The translations under genes were made by a program, and so were the position numbers. DNA of 64,000 nucleotides, from contig JAANOX010000218.1 in NCBI GenBank assembly GCA_020184695.1, forward strand, positions 186,001-250,000, read 5' to 3'. This DNA comes from Histomonas meleagridis 2922-C6/04-290x (lineage: Eukaryota; Protista; Parabasalia). The notes under the pieces were generated by a model. The model was not told the DNA's origin. It ran no database searches and was given only the letters and a program-made list of their open reading frames with translations. Within the stretch, counting starts at the first letter, position 1, and each line of letters opens with the position of its first letter. Positions 31,252 through 42,642 of this stretch are shown one piece after another.

Positions 31252-33008
31252 TTGGAAAATGGACAACCCAAATTATTTTCACTTTTTGAAACGATTAGCC
31301 TCAAATATTTCAATGGCCAACAATTTTTGGGTATCTTTTAAATCCGTTTTTAAATAATGAATATCGTTGGTTGTCAAAATCAAAATTTCTTGAAAAAAAC
31401 CAATGAAATAATAAAATTTATAATTTTATTGTTATATATAATATGTGAATAAAAATAATTAAGCTTGAAAATAAATCAAATTTCACTAAAACAGAAAATA
31501 AATGTGTTCGAAAAAAAAATTCAATTTTTGAAATAAATCTGAACAAAAGGGGTTAAATCTGGTTAATGTTAAATCTGGTTGTAAACAATTTTCAATGAAA
31601 AAAAGGGTTCGAGGAAATTCAATTTACAGTCCGAAATCCCTTATTTAACGTACATTGAATCATGCCGCTGAACAAAAAACTCTATATTCCTTATTAAAAA
31701 TGAATAAAATGATAAAAATATGGTCATCACCATAACTTGCTTTCTTGTATCTAATTTAAGAAATTTTTTATACTCAAATCAATTTTTGGATCATTAAATT
31801 TTCAAAACAATTTTTTCCCCAATAATTATTGTTAATCTGGCAATTTCTTATATGAAAAACTTACATATCTGATTTATAAAAATGTGTTTTTCAACTTTTC
31901 TCAAAAACAAAATTCATTTAAAGGTCAATGGACAAAAGTTAATATACTATTTAGCATTATGTCTTTCGAAATTTTTAGATATAATGGAAATATGAGGTTT
32001 CGGTTCAAGTTGTTTAATCTCAATTCAACCAACTCTTTATCACAAACTTCGACTCAAAATAAACAATCCAAATAAACATCAATTGTTTCATTATATCTTG
32101 ATTGATAAAATGAGATATCTCAAGAAAAATATTTTTGGTACAAATATGAGTTACAAACCTAACCAATTTTGAGTATGATGAATAAGCTTTTACAGAGCAA
32201 AAGTAGCATCTTTAACTACAACAAATGTTGCAGGGAACTACATCATGTTATTTTACAAAAGTATATAAAAATGGATCATACAATGTAATTTCGATTGTAA
32301 TAAAATCATTTTTAATTATATCAGAATCAAATGGAAAAATTCTTATTTTGTTTGGCGAACAAAGAGAATTCATCATCTCAAAAACGTCGTTGTAAAATTG
32401 CAAATTCAATCAGGAAATGTTTCAAGGCATTGAAATTTGGATAACGTCATCCAAATTTATGAATTTTGATAGTATACCTCAAAATTGTATTAATACTTAG
32501 ATAAGAAATTTTTATATGGTTTACAAAATCGTAAAATGACACAAAAGTGTCTTCATTTTTTAACATAATCATACAAACACATGTAACAATATCGATTTCT
32601 CATTACGCCACAAGATCATTTCTTTATTTTTCATTCTTTTTGCTGAGGGAACGAAAACAATGCTTCCGCCATGATTTGAAAGGGACAGTATTTTTTGAAC
32701 GTTGACATTTTTTCAACCTCTCAAAACATTTGTCAATCATAAAATCTTTTTTATTTTTCCACAAACGAGCAATCCTAGATCCGAAGAAACATAATAGGAG
32801 TATTACATACCCTTCCACTCACGCTTACAACAAATGTTTTATTTAATAAATCAATTTAAAACAGATCTTTTTTCGGAATTTGTTTCGAAGTTTGACCAGC
32901 GTTTCACAAAATAATTGAGCCGAAAACGATTATGTAAACCATTTTTCTGAGAAATTTCGCTAGTCATAAACCGTTTCCCTCAATTCAAACAAGCGTTCAG
33001 AAGTTGAT

Positions 33009-34463
33009 ATGCAAAGATCCCCTACAGAATCAGCCTTCTTTGACCATGATCACCCTTTAAACTTTCGTACAAAACGTGGTACTATAAATTTTAATAACAA
33101 GACAGGTATTCCCATTAATCCTTTAAAGACCAAAGATATCGAACGCGAAACCTTTCTTAAGCAGCTTTACGAAGAACTAGGGCTTACACCCGACGAACTT
33201 AACCTGGTCAAAGAGGTTAATTTTGCAGTCCCCAAAGATCCAAAAGAATATGTTATTAATCCTGAAACAGGTAAGATCTCTGCAGCTTCAATTGTTCAAC
33301 TCTTTCTTGTTCTTACAGATCCAGATACAGGTCTAGATTTCCAGCGTCAATTTCTTCAAACCTTTGTTTGTTACATGCGTCCTCAACTATTATTATCCAT
33401 GCTTATTACCCGATACACAGTTCCCCTCAACGTTCCTGACATCAATATTACGTCAGCTAATTCACTCAATCAAATTCAAATCAGAATTATTCGAGTTCTA
33501 AGCTCATGGCTCAACATGTCCACCCTCCACTTCAAGGACGACAACATGGTCACAGGACTTCTCAAGTTCTCAGCCTTTATTCGTGATGAGACTCTTGATG
33601 AAGCCCATCAATCCAACCAATATAAGATCGTCACCAGTGAAATTAATCGTTTTACGGGGTCAGGCAGCAAGCCTGTTGTCACGAAACGTGAAATGCCCGA
33701 TCCGATCTTACCTCGAATTAAAGAGGACAAATGGACCTCAATCCAGATCTTCAATCCCGAAGAAGTCTCACGACAGTTCACGTTGCTACATTCAGACTTA
33801 TTCCGACGCATTGAACCGAATGAATTATTGGAAGCGATTTGGTTCGATAACAAACAAGGCACTCACAAACTCAACGAACTTATCCGTATGTTCGATATCT
33901 TCTCTGGATATGTATCATTAACTGTATTAAATGGTGCAAATTCACGAGAGAGGGCACATGTGTATAAGTATTGGGTCGACGTAGCGACCGAATTCGAAAA
34001 GATACACAACTACCACGGGCTGTTTAGTGTTTGTTGCGGGCTTAACCACGCGTCTGTGAAGCGATTGTACAAAACGATGAAAGTGATCGGCAAAACAAAG
34101 CCACAGAAGAAGGCACTGATGGACAAACTGTTCCAAATCTGCGACTTCTCTGACGACTACGGCGCGTATAGAGCGATTATCGCGAAGGCTGTTGAGCCAT
34201 GCGTGCCATTCATCGGATGCTTCCAAAAGGACTTGAAGTATGTCCAAGAAACATACCCAAACAGAATCGAAGGGCTGATTAACTTTAAGAAGTGCGTCGA
34301 GTGCTATGCATTGCTGAAGACGATACAGAGATTCCAGAATATCGGTTACTATTATATACCTGTGCCCAAGTTACAGAAGCTGATTTTGGATTTGCAGGAA
34401 CCTCCGTCAACAACAGAGTTAATGAAGATTTCGTTGTCAAAAGAAAAAAAGAAAAACGGTTAA
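33009..34463 (+). CDS. RasGEF (REM plus CDC25 catalytic domain)
   Basis: FLQTFVCYMRPQLLLSMLITRY (REM); EVSRQFTL, NYHGLFSVCCGL and PCVPFIGCFQKDL...INFKK (CDC25). Confidence 0.92.
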   Translation: MQRSPTESAFFDHDHPLNFRTKRGTINFNNKTGIPINPLKTKDIERETFLKQLYEELGLTPDELNLVKEVNFAVPKDPKEYVINPETGKISAASIVQLFLVLTDPDTGLDFQRQFLQTFVCYMRPQLLLSMLITRYTVPLNVPDINITSANSLNQIQIRIIRVLSSWLNMSTLHFKDDNMVTGLLKFSAFIRDETLDEAHQSNQYKIVTSEINRFTGSGSKPVVTKREMPDPILPRIKEDKWTSIQIFNPEEVSRQFTLLHSDLFRRIEPNELLEAIWFDNKQGTHKLNELIRMFDIFSGYVSLTVLNGANSRERAHVYKYWVDVATEFEKIHNYHGLFSVCCGLNHASVKRLYKTMKVIGKTKPQKKALMDKLFQICDFSDDYGAYRAIIAKAVEPCVPFIGCFQKDLKYVQETYPNRIEGLINFKKCVECYALLKTIQRFQNIGYYYIPVPKLQKLILDLQEPPSTTELMKISLSKEKKKNG

Positions 34464-35094
34464 ATGAAATACAAATAAAAAAATAGTAAACACCGGACTG
34501 TGAAATTTAAATGTGGAATAATCGTTTTGACTTGAAAAACTTCGGCCATTGAATGGAACGATGAGAAAATTAAATGAAGAAACGATCGCTTCGACTTGTG
34601 TAACACAGACCAAATAATCACAGAAAATCGTTTCAATCAATAATGATCGTAAACTTCTAAAATAAATCAGTATTAGTGTATGATGATTCGACTGATTCGA
34701 TAGTTTAAAGGAAAACTCAAAAATTCATTTGTATTATTTTTTGGACTTTTTTTAAAGATTCATTTGAGGTACTATTGGCATTGTCAGGAAAAACGGCATC
34801 TTGGATCAAAGATTCAACACTTAGAAATCGAATGATAATGAAGTTCAACAAAGCGATTTTAAAATTAATTGAATCATTGTGAGCAAATTAAAAAATTTAT
34901 AAAAAAGAGATTAGATCTTCGATGAATAATATTCATGGAACCTATATTATAGATATTATTAATGAAATAGTAAGAATTGGAAACATAATCTTTATTAATT
35001 ATTTTTTTATAGGAAGGAAATGACCTGAAAATTTCTTTTTTTATCTTAAATTCAAGAAAAAAAGAATTCATACAATATTTAGTATTGTAATTAT

Positions 35095-35420
35095 TGCACC
35101 TCTTATGTTTAGCTGAAAAAATATTTATATCGGTTTAGTTGTGTTCTAGATCAAAAAGATATTGACATCAAAGCCAACAATTTTTTTTTATGTTTTATTT
35201 AAAATTTATCTATATATTTTCATATTTCATAATAATATTTAAAGTTTTAATTTATGCTGCAAAAAATCTTAAAATTATGAAGTTAATTCTTAGACAAAAA
35301 GGAATCGATATTAATACAGTAAATACTTTTTAATTTTACTACATGTAATGATCAAACTTTCTTTGATAATATACTAGTTGCAGCCAGCAGGATTTTCAAC
35401 CAAATTCGGGAACCATTTTA
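35095..35420 (+). pseudogene. Third, decayed interrupted ankyrin locus
   Basis: DQKDIDIKANN, then 19nt-AAA-17nt(35204-35220)-CAT-17nt(35224-35240)-AAA-GTTT, then LIYAAKNLKIMKLILRQKGIDINTVN (35247-35324). Confidence 0.6.
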
Positions 35421-36542
35421 ATAATTTATTTCAAATGCTTGTATTGATATTGCATTAATAATATTTGCTTTTAAATAAAATGGATACAACATTTTTTATG
35501 AATGTAACAAAAAACGTTTCATAAACAAGAATGGAATTTAATTAAATAATTTCCATGTTCAATTGAAAATATGTTATGTTTAAAATTATTCAAATACTTC
35601 ATAAACATAAAAAAAAAATACTTAATTTACATGTATTTTGTTTGATTAATATGTGTTTTTGGAAATTCAAATTTGTACATGGCATTTAAACATATGGATG
35701 CTTATAATATATAAATCATTAAAACCAATAAAATAAATAATTTTTTTATTTAATCAGTTTTTATTGCAGCGTTTTGATTTAAAGTACTTTAAATATAATA
35801 TTATGTCTGACTTAATGAAGAAAAATTTTTATCATTATAAAATTATAAAATCATTAATAAAAATACGATAATATTTATCAAATCATTACATGTTATTAAA
35901 AAATACAATAAGAAAAGATTATTGTTAATAAATCTTTCAGATATATCTGGAATTATTCCGAAAAGACTCAACACACTAAAAAAGATTAAACAATAAAATC
36001 TTGTATTTTAAATTTATGGATCATGTGATTATGTAAATTAATAAAAATAATTTTATAAAAATCTTTCAATTTATTGTAACATAATTACAAAAATAATTAT
36101 TATAGAAATATTGATAATCATTTAAGTGAAAGAAAAATTATGTTATTAAAACAAAGGAATGAAGTAATTTGATAAAAAATGATTGATATCATAAATATCA
36201 GATGTTAGATTTATATAAAATATTTTAATCAATTTTAAATATGAATTTAGGATTTTCTTTTTAATCTGTAAATATATTAATATATCGTATTTTTAATGAA
36301 TATCAATATACATATCAACACACAAAAACATCAAATAAAACAGACAAAATCAAACAAATAATATTTTTATTCAAACAATATAAATAATATAATATATAAA
36401 CAATATATAATAATAATAATAATATATAATATTATATGATAACCTTTTTTACCAGGCTAATAAATCAAACAAAATATTTGTTGTTTTTTTAAATATTTTA
36501 TTCTTAATCATCATACTTTACTTTTATACAATCTCTTACAGA

Positions 36543-39500
36543 CTAATTTCTATCTCTAGAATATCCTCTTCTATCTCCATAATACGGATGCGAATCTTTT
36601 TGTATATGATCACTTCTTTTACCTCTGTAATCATTTCTTGGATTGTAATTATCTCTCTGGGGATAATCATTTCGTTTGTAACTATCCCTTTGAGGATAAT
36701 CATCTCTTTGTTTGTAATTATCTCTCTGAGGATAATTATCATTTCGTTGATCAAAACTATCTCTCGGAGGATAATCATCTCTTTGTTTGTAATTATCTCT
36801 CTGAGGATAATCATTTCGTTGTTTGTAACTATCCCTTTGAGGATAATTATCATTTCGTTGATCAAAACTATCTCTCTGAGGATAACTATCATTTCGTTGT
36901 TTGTAACTATCTCTCGGAGGATAACTATCAATTCTTCGGTATTCATCAATTCTTTGATTGTGGTTATCTCGCGGAGGATAATCGTCTCTTTGACTATAAC
37001 TATCATTTCTCTGATTATAACTATCATTTCTTTTACTGTAACTATCATTTCTTTGACTAAAATTATCATTTCTTTGACTATAACTATCATTTCTTTGATT
37101 AAAACTATCATTTCTTTGGTTATAACTATCATTTCTTTGTATACTATCATTTCTTTGTATACTATCATTTCTTTGATTATAACTATCATTTCTTTGGTTA
37201 TAACTATCATTTCTTTGATTAAAACTATCATTTCTTTGGTTATAACTATCATTTCTTTGATTAAAACTATCACTTCTTTGTATGCTATCATTTCTTTGGT
37301 TGTAATCATCTCGTTGATAGTCATCGCTTCTATGATAATTATCGCCTCTTTGATTGTATCCTACGTCATGAGTATTTCGTGGCTTAAATTCATTACGTTG
37401 CATTTGATTATCTCTGTAATCATTTCGATAATTTCGATTTTCGTTTTCATTTTTATCTTCAATATGAGGATTATTTCCATAATAATTATAATTATTTATG
37501 CGGTATGCATGTTGTGGAGTTTCATTATCATTTCGTTTTACATTATACATTTGAGTTCCATTTCCTTCTTGACGAAATCGATTAAAAAATTGTTGTGGAA
37601 TTTCATGATTGTTATTATTATATTCATTTCGATTAGTATTTTGTTGTATATTTTCATCCGGAGTTTTGTTTTGCAGATTTCCAAAATGTTTTGACGTTTC
37701 CCTATTAATTGGAGTTGATGGAGGACGTCGACGAATAATTCGTGGCACAATAAGATCTTCAAAATCTTCATCTTCAACATCTTCATTTTGATTTGATGTG
37801 TTTTCTTCATTTGAAACAGTTGTTTTTGTTTCATTTTCTTCATGTTTATCATTATCATCTTCTGCATATATATCAATTTCTTCATCATCATCTTCTTTAA
37901 TTGCTTCTGTTTTTATTTCTTTTTTGACTGTAACATTTGGTTTTATTTCTTCTTCTTTTATAGTTATTTCTTCATTTATATGAGTTATTTGCTTCCTTCC
38001 TCTTTTATTTGGTACATTTTCTTCTTCTGTTTTAATAGGTTCTTCCTTCACAACATTATTTTGTGGTATTTCTTCTGTTTTCTCGCTTTCTTCTTTAATA
38101 ACATTCTGTGGTTTCCGTCCTCTTCTCTTTGGTGTCTCTTCTTTTACAACGTTCTTTGGTGGAATATCTTCTGATTTATCTGTTTCCTCTTTAATGGCAT
38201 TCTTTGGCTTCCTTCCTCTTCTCTTTGGTACTATTTCTTCTTCTGTTTTAATAGGTTCTTCTTTTACAACATTTTTTAGTGGTATTTCTTCAGTTTTCTC
38301 GCTTTCTTCTTTAATAACATTCTGCGGTTTCCTTCCTCTTCTCTTTGGTGTTTCTTCTTCAGTTTTCTCGCTTTCTTCTTTAATAACATTCTGTGGTTTT
38401 CTTCCTCTTCTCTTTGGTGTTTCTTCTTTTACAACGTTCTTTGTTGGAATATCTTCTGATTTATCTGTTTCCTCTTTGATAGCATTCTTTGGTTTTCTTC
38501 CTCTTCTCTTTGGTGTCTCTTCTTCTGTTTTATCGGATTTCTCGCTTTCTTCTTTAATAACATTCTGCGGTTTTCTTCCTCTTCTCTTTGGTGTCTCTTC
38601 TTCAGTTTTATCGGATTTCTCGCTTTCTTCTTTAATAACATTCTGCGGTTTTCTTCCTCTTCTCTTTGGTGTTTCTTCTTTCACAAAGTTCTTTGGTAGA
38701 ATATCTTCTGATTTATCTGTTTCCTCTTTCGGCGCATTCCTTGGTTTCCGTCCTCTTCTCTTTGGTGTCTCTTCTTCTGTTTTCTCGCTTTCTTCTTTAA
38801 TAACACTCTGCGGTTTTCTTCCTCTTCTCTTTGGTGTCTCTTCTTTCACAACGTTCTTTGGTGGAATATCTTCTGATTTATCTGTTTCTTCTTTCGGCGC
38901 ATTCCTTGGCTTCCTTCCTTTCCTCTTTGGCGCTTCTTCTTCTGTTTTGTCTGTTTTCTCACTCTCCTCTTTAGCATTCCTTGGCTTTCTTCCTCTCTTC
39001 TTTGGTGTTTCTTCTTCAGTTTTCTCACTTTCCTCTTTAGCATTCCTTGGTTTTCTTCCTCTTTTCTTTGGCGTTTCTTCTTCAGTTTTCTCACTTTCCT
39101 CTTTAGCACTTTTTGGCTTTCTTCCTCTCTTCTTTGGCGTTTCTTCTGTTTTATCTGTTTCTTCTTTAGCAGAATTCTTTGTCTTTCTTTCTCTTCTTTT
39201 GTTTTTAGTTTCTTCAGCTTTATCAGTTTCTTCTTTAGGTGTATACTTTGACTTTTTACCTTTTTGCTTTTCTTCAACATTTTTACTCTTCTTTTGCACT
39301 ACTTTGTTCTTACTTTCTTTTGTTACTTCTGATTTTTCTTCAACCTTCACTTCTATTTCTTTAACTTCATATTGTTCTTCTTCCCTCTCTTCAGTTTCTT
39401 CGACTATTTCTTCTATTGGTTCACTCATTAATTTTTCATAAAGATTTGATTTCGAATTTTCATCTAAATTAAAATGAGTGATAATATTTTCTCCTTTAAG

Positions 39501-40643
39501 TTCACCAACCGTTTCTATTCTCAATTTTTCAAAGAATTTTCTTCTATCGGTTGCCACTTTCTTTGTAGATGATACAATTTCAGTTGGATCACCGATTTGA
39601 TTAATTTCATCGTTTTCGTATATCTCATATAATAAATCCGTTTCTGGTGGTGGAATATCAGGTACATGTTCATTCCAAAGGTCTTCAAAAGTTTCATCAA
39701 AATTTATCAATGAATCAAGTAATGAAATTGGTGGAGGTGGACAATTTGGTGGTTCTTCAGAGTTTTGTATTTCAAGAGGAATGAAACGCCATTTCTGTAA
39801 TGATGCATTCGAAATTGTTGCTTGATATTTTTCCCTTTTGAAATATTTGTCACATTTTTCATCAACCTCTCGAAAAGTGTTTTGGATAAAATTCCGTTGA
39901 TAATGGGGAAGTAGAAATTCAAACCATTTGTGCTTAGAACTGGGTGATTCAATGGGTATCTCTTTAAGATCAAAAGCTTTGTTAACAACAGCAAGTGCAA
40001 TAACTTCGGATGGAACAATGTAAAATACTTCAAATTTCATAATGAATTTAAGAAGATCAGCCGCAAGACGGGTAATCTCTTTGTCAAAGCTTTGGATAGT
40101 TGCGTTTCCAACTATGCCGATAATATGCCAATGTAAAAAAGTATAAATAAATCGTTGAACATGGTCATGAGGAAGTGGCGCCGAAAAATTAAAATCTATC
40201 TCATAGAGAATATCCATTTCGGTTTGGTTAAGAGCTTTTGAGTAATATTGATTGAATTTTTGTATGTCAAAATTATACGTAAAATCAATGTGAAGAAGAC
40301 GCATAAAAGGATATTCATTTATCGACTGGGGATCTTGACGTATTTTGTTAATGATTTTATGGAAACTATCTGTCGAATCTTGGAGAAAGAAATTATAAGA
40401 AAATCGTTGATTAAAAACTTTTGAAGCAATATGATACGCTGCTGTTGCTGAAAAAAATATTATTTCATCAGATGATGCCTCTGGATGATATGATTTTTGG
40501 AAGTAATATAAAGTTGATACCATTATGTTTGGATTAAAATATGTATTTTTAATAAAAAATTTTATCAATCCGAGCGCATAATGAATAACATCATTTGGGA
40601 GATAAGGTAGAGTCGAAAATGATTGTGCTTTTTGTGCTTGCAT
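36543..40643 (-). CDS. Cyclin-box protein with 14 AT-hook-like repeats and an R/D/N/Q/Y heptad tail
   Basis: N-terminal cyclin-fold pattern (SATAAYHIASKV ... QTEMDILYEIDFNFSAPLPH); 14 GRK[PQ] motifs; RNDS[YF]NQ repeats. Confidence 0.75.
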   Translation of the reverse strand: MQAQKAQSFSTLPYLPNDVIHYALGLIKFFIKNTYFNPNIMVSTLYYFQKSYHPEASSDEIIFFSATAAYHIASKVFNQRFSYNFFLQDSTDSFHKIINKIRQDPQSINEYPFMRLLHIDFTYNFDIQKFNQYYSKALNQTEMDILYEIDFNFSAPLPHDHVQRFIYTFLHWHIIGIVGNATIQSFDKEITRLAADLLKFIMKFEVFYIVPSEVIALAVVNKAFDLKEIPIESPSSKHKWFEFLLPHYQRNFIQNTFREVDEKCDKYFKREKYQATISNASLQKWRFIPLEIQNSEEPPNCPPPPISLLDSLINFDETFEDLWNEHVPDIPPPETDLLYEIYENDEINQIGDPTEIVSSTKKVATDRRKFFEKLRIETVGELKGENIITHFNLDENSKSNLYEKLMSEPIEEIVEETEEREEEQYEVKEIEVKVEEKSEVTKESKNKVVQKKSKNVEEKQKGKKSKYTPKEETDKAEETKNKRRERKTKNSAKEETDKTEETPKKRGRKPKSAKEESEKTEEETPKKRGRKPRNAKEESEKTEEETPKKRGRKPRNAKEESEKTDKTEEEAPKRKGRKPRNAPKEETDKSEDIPPKNVVKEETPKRRGRKPQSVIKEESEKTEEETPKRRGRKPRNAPKEETDKSEDILPKNFVKEETPKRRGRKPQNVIKEESEKSDKTEEETPKRRGRKPQNVIKEESEKSDKTEEETPKRRGRKPKNAIKEETDKSEDIPTKNVVKEETPKRRGRKPQNVIKEESEKTEEETPKRRGRKPQNVIKEESEKTEEIPLKNVVKEEPIKTEEEIVPKRRGRKPKNAIKEETDKSEDIPPKNVVKEETPKRRGRKPQNVIKEESEKTEEIPQNNVVKEEPIKTEEENVPNKRGRKQITHINEEITIKEEEIKPNVTVKKEIKTEAIKEDDDEEIDIYAEDDNDKHEENETKTTVSNEENTSNQNEDVEDEDFEDLIVPRIIRRRPPSTPINRETSKHFGNLQNKTPDENIQQNTNRNEYNNNNHEIPQQFFNRFRQEGNGTQMYNVKRNDNETPQHAYRINNYNYYGNNPHIEDKNENENRNYRNDYRDNQMQRNEFKPRNTHDVGYNQRGDNYHRSDDYQRDDYNQRNDSIQRSDSFNQRNDSYNQRNDSFNQRNDSYNQRNDSYNQRNDSIQRNDSIQRNDSYNQRNDSFNQRNDSYSQRNDNFSQRNDSYSKRNDSYNQRNDSYSQRDDYPPRDNHNQRIDEYRRIDSYPPRDSYKQRNDSYPQRDSFDQRNDNYPQRDSYKQRNDYPQRDNYKQRDDYPPRDSFDQRNDNYPQRDNYKQRDDYPQRDSYKRNDYPQRDNYNPRNDYRGKRSDHIQKDSHPYYGDRRGYSRDRN

Positions 40644-40995
40644 GCCTCTACCAAAATTGGAAAATCAGTCAATTTTTTCACATGAACACTGAAAAAAAAC
40701 ATACTGGCCCAAAAAGCCCGCCAATTATTTTTTTGTGATTTTTCTGGGATATTTGATATTATTCTGATTTTTAACTAATTTTTTAATCTTGGTTACCTTT
40801 TTTGGAGTTAATTTTAATATGTTCTTTTTCAATAATGCATTTTATGATTGTAATCAAATTTCCAATTTAAGGAAAATCTTCAATATTTCCAAATTTGGTT
40901 TGTTATTTATTATGTTTAATGCATTGTTCATATTGTTTTTATATTTTTTCGTTGAACAAAAAATTAAACTGAAAATTACTTATTAGTTAAATCAT

Positions 40996-41700
40996 TTATT
41001 TTTTGTTAATTGATTCAATCAAAGCATTTAATTCATTTTCGCCCATTAATGACATTGATTCTCCGCGCTTCATAATTGCTACTTCCAAATTCTTTGCGCC
41101 ATTTTCAACAACTTCAAGAAGGGATCCAACTGCAAGCTTAATTGCGTCTTCGTCGCTCATGTCTTCTTTGTAATGCTTTTCGAGATATTCCATGACTGTT
41201 TGATCATGTCTTCCGATTGTTCTAGCTTTCCATTCTGTGTACCCACCAGAAGGAAGAGTTTCGTATATGTGTGGTTGGTTAGTAGAATCGAATCCGCAAA
41301 CTAAAGTTGCAACACCAAATGGTCTTACACCACCAGATTGTGTATAACGAAGTTGAATAGTTGCAATGTAACGAGCTGCTCTTTCAACAGTAATTGGGTC
41401 TTCGTATGTAAGGCGATGGCTTTGACATTCAACTTGCGCTTTTCCAACAAGAACTCTTGCATCAGCATGTAAGCCTGCAAATGCACACATGATGTGGTCA
41501 TCAAGAGCAATGACTTTTCGGAATGTACCTGGATCTTGTAATTTAGCAACAGTAGATTTTTCAACAGCAATTACAATTAAATCCTTAGATTGTGCAGCAA
41601 CAACAGTTGTTCCTCTCTTAACTGCTGCGTGCGCATGCTCTATTTGAAAAAGACGGCCATCTGGACTGAATCTTGTAATTGAACGTGAATATGACGACAT
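40996..41700 (-). CDS. PSMA7: 20S proteasome subunit alpha type-7 (alpha4)
   Basis: YSRSITRFSPDGRLFQIE, AKLQD, AFAGLHADARVL, TQSGGVRPFG. ATG at 41700. Confidence 0.92.
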   Translation of the reverse strand: MSSYSRSITRFSPDGRLFQIEHAHAAVKRGTTVVAAQSKDLIVIAVEKSTVAKLQDPGTFRKVIALDDHIMCAFAGLHADARVLVGKAQVECQSHRLTYEDPITVERAARYIATIQLRYTQSGGVRPFGVATLVCGFDSTNQPHIYETLPSGGYTEWKARTIGRHDQTVMEYLEKHYKEDMSDEDAIKLAVGSLLEVVENGAKNLEVAIMKRGESMSLMGENELNALIESINKK

Positions 41701-41934
41701 TGTTGGAAATTGTGTCACTTTTCTTCTTTAGTTGGCCGAATCAACTTCTGGTTTAGAAGTCAAGAAAATGAAGAAACAAATGAGCTTTAAATAGCTTATG
41801 TTTTATAATTTCATTATGAAAATAATAAAAATCTATCAATCAATAAATATTTATTTTTTTGAAAAAATAAAATAATGAGAACGTTTAAACAAACGGTTCC
41901 TTGTAAATGCACTTTTTCGGTTTGTTGACTTTGG

Positions 41935-41939
41935 CCTTT
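41935..41939 (+). promoter_or_regulatory. M5 core-promoter motif CCTTT
   Basis: GGCCTTTCTTCAATG precedes RPL17. Confidence 0.6.
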
Positions 41940-41944
41940 CTTCA

Positions 41945-42433
41945 ATGGGAACTAAATACACATATCAATCAAAAGGCACACCTGTCCTAAAAGCTTGCAC
42001 TCCATCTGAACGCGTTCACTTCAAGCCAATGTTTGAAACAGGTAGGGCCATCAAAGGTATGAAAGTTAGCAAAGCACTTTCATATCTCGAAGCAGTTATC
42101 GAACATAAACGTGCTGTTCCATTCTTCCGCTACAACGAAGGTATTCCACACCATGCACAAGGTAAGGAGTGGGGATGCCCATCCTCTCGCTGGCCAGAAA
42201 AATCTGCCAAACTCTTTATCAAATTGATTAAGAATGCTTTAGCAAGCGCTTCACAAAAACCAGAAATCAATGTTGATAACTTGGTTATTGCTCATGTTCA
42301 ATGTAACTATGCAAGAATGTACCGCTATCGTCGTATCCATCAAGCACATGGTCGTGTTAAGTGCTATGCATCTCCACCAACAAATGTTCAAATAGTTCTT
42401 GCTGAAGAAAAGAAGCCAGTCAAGGCTGCTTAA
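41945..42433 (+). CDS. RPL17: 60S ribosomal protein L17 (uL22)
   Basis: RVHFKPMFETGRAIKGM, AVPFFRYN, RWPEKSA, AHGRVKCYASPP. Confidence 0.93.
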   Translation: MGTKYTYQSKGTPVLKACTPSERVHFKPMFETGRAIKGMKVSKALSYLEAVIEHKRAVPFFRYNEGIPHHAQGKEWGCPSSRWPEKSAKLFIKLIKNALASASQKPEINVDNLVIAHVQCNYARMYRYRRIHQAHGRVKCYASPPTNVQIVLAEEKKPVKAA

Positions 42434-42642
42434 ATAATAATTATTACTATTTATGACGTTATTATATGTTTTGTTCATTTTGAATTGTTGATTGAGATTC
42501 TTCAGCAAACATTGTATACTGTGAATTAATACTTGTTTTGTTTCTGTTGCTTGTTATTTTGTTATTTTGCTTTCTTTATTGGACGTTTAGATTCAAGGGC
42601 ACCCCGTTCAAACGCCCGCCGTTTATTTTCTACCGTTAAAAA

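Noticed and set aside
36536-39441. ORFs 36536-37324, 36588-37694, 38194-39441 and similar
   Set aside because: Alternative-frame or antisense shadows of the repeats in the cyclin/AT-hook gene.
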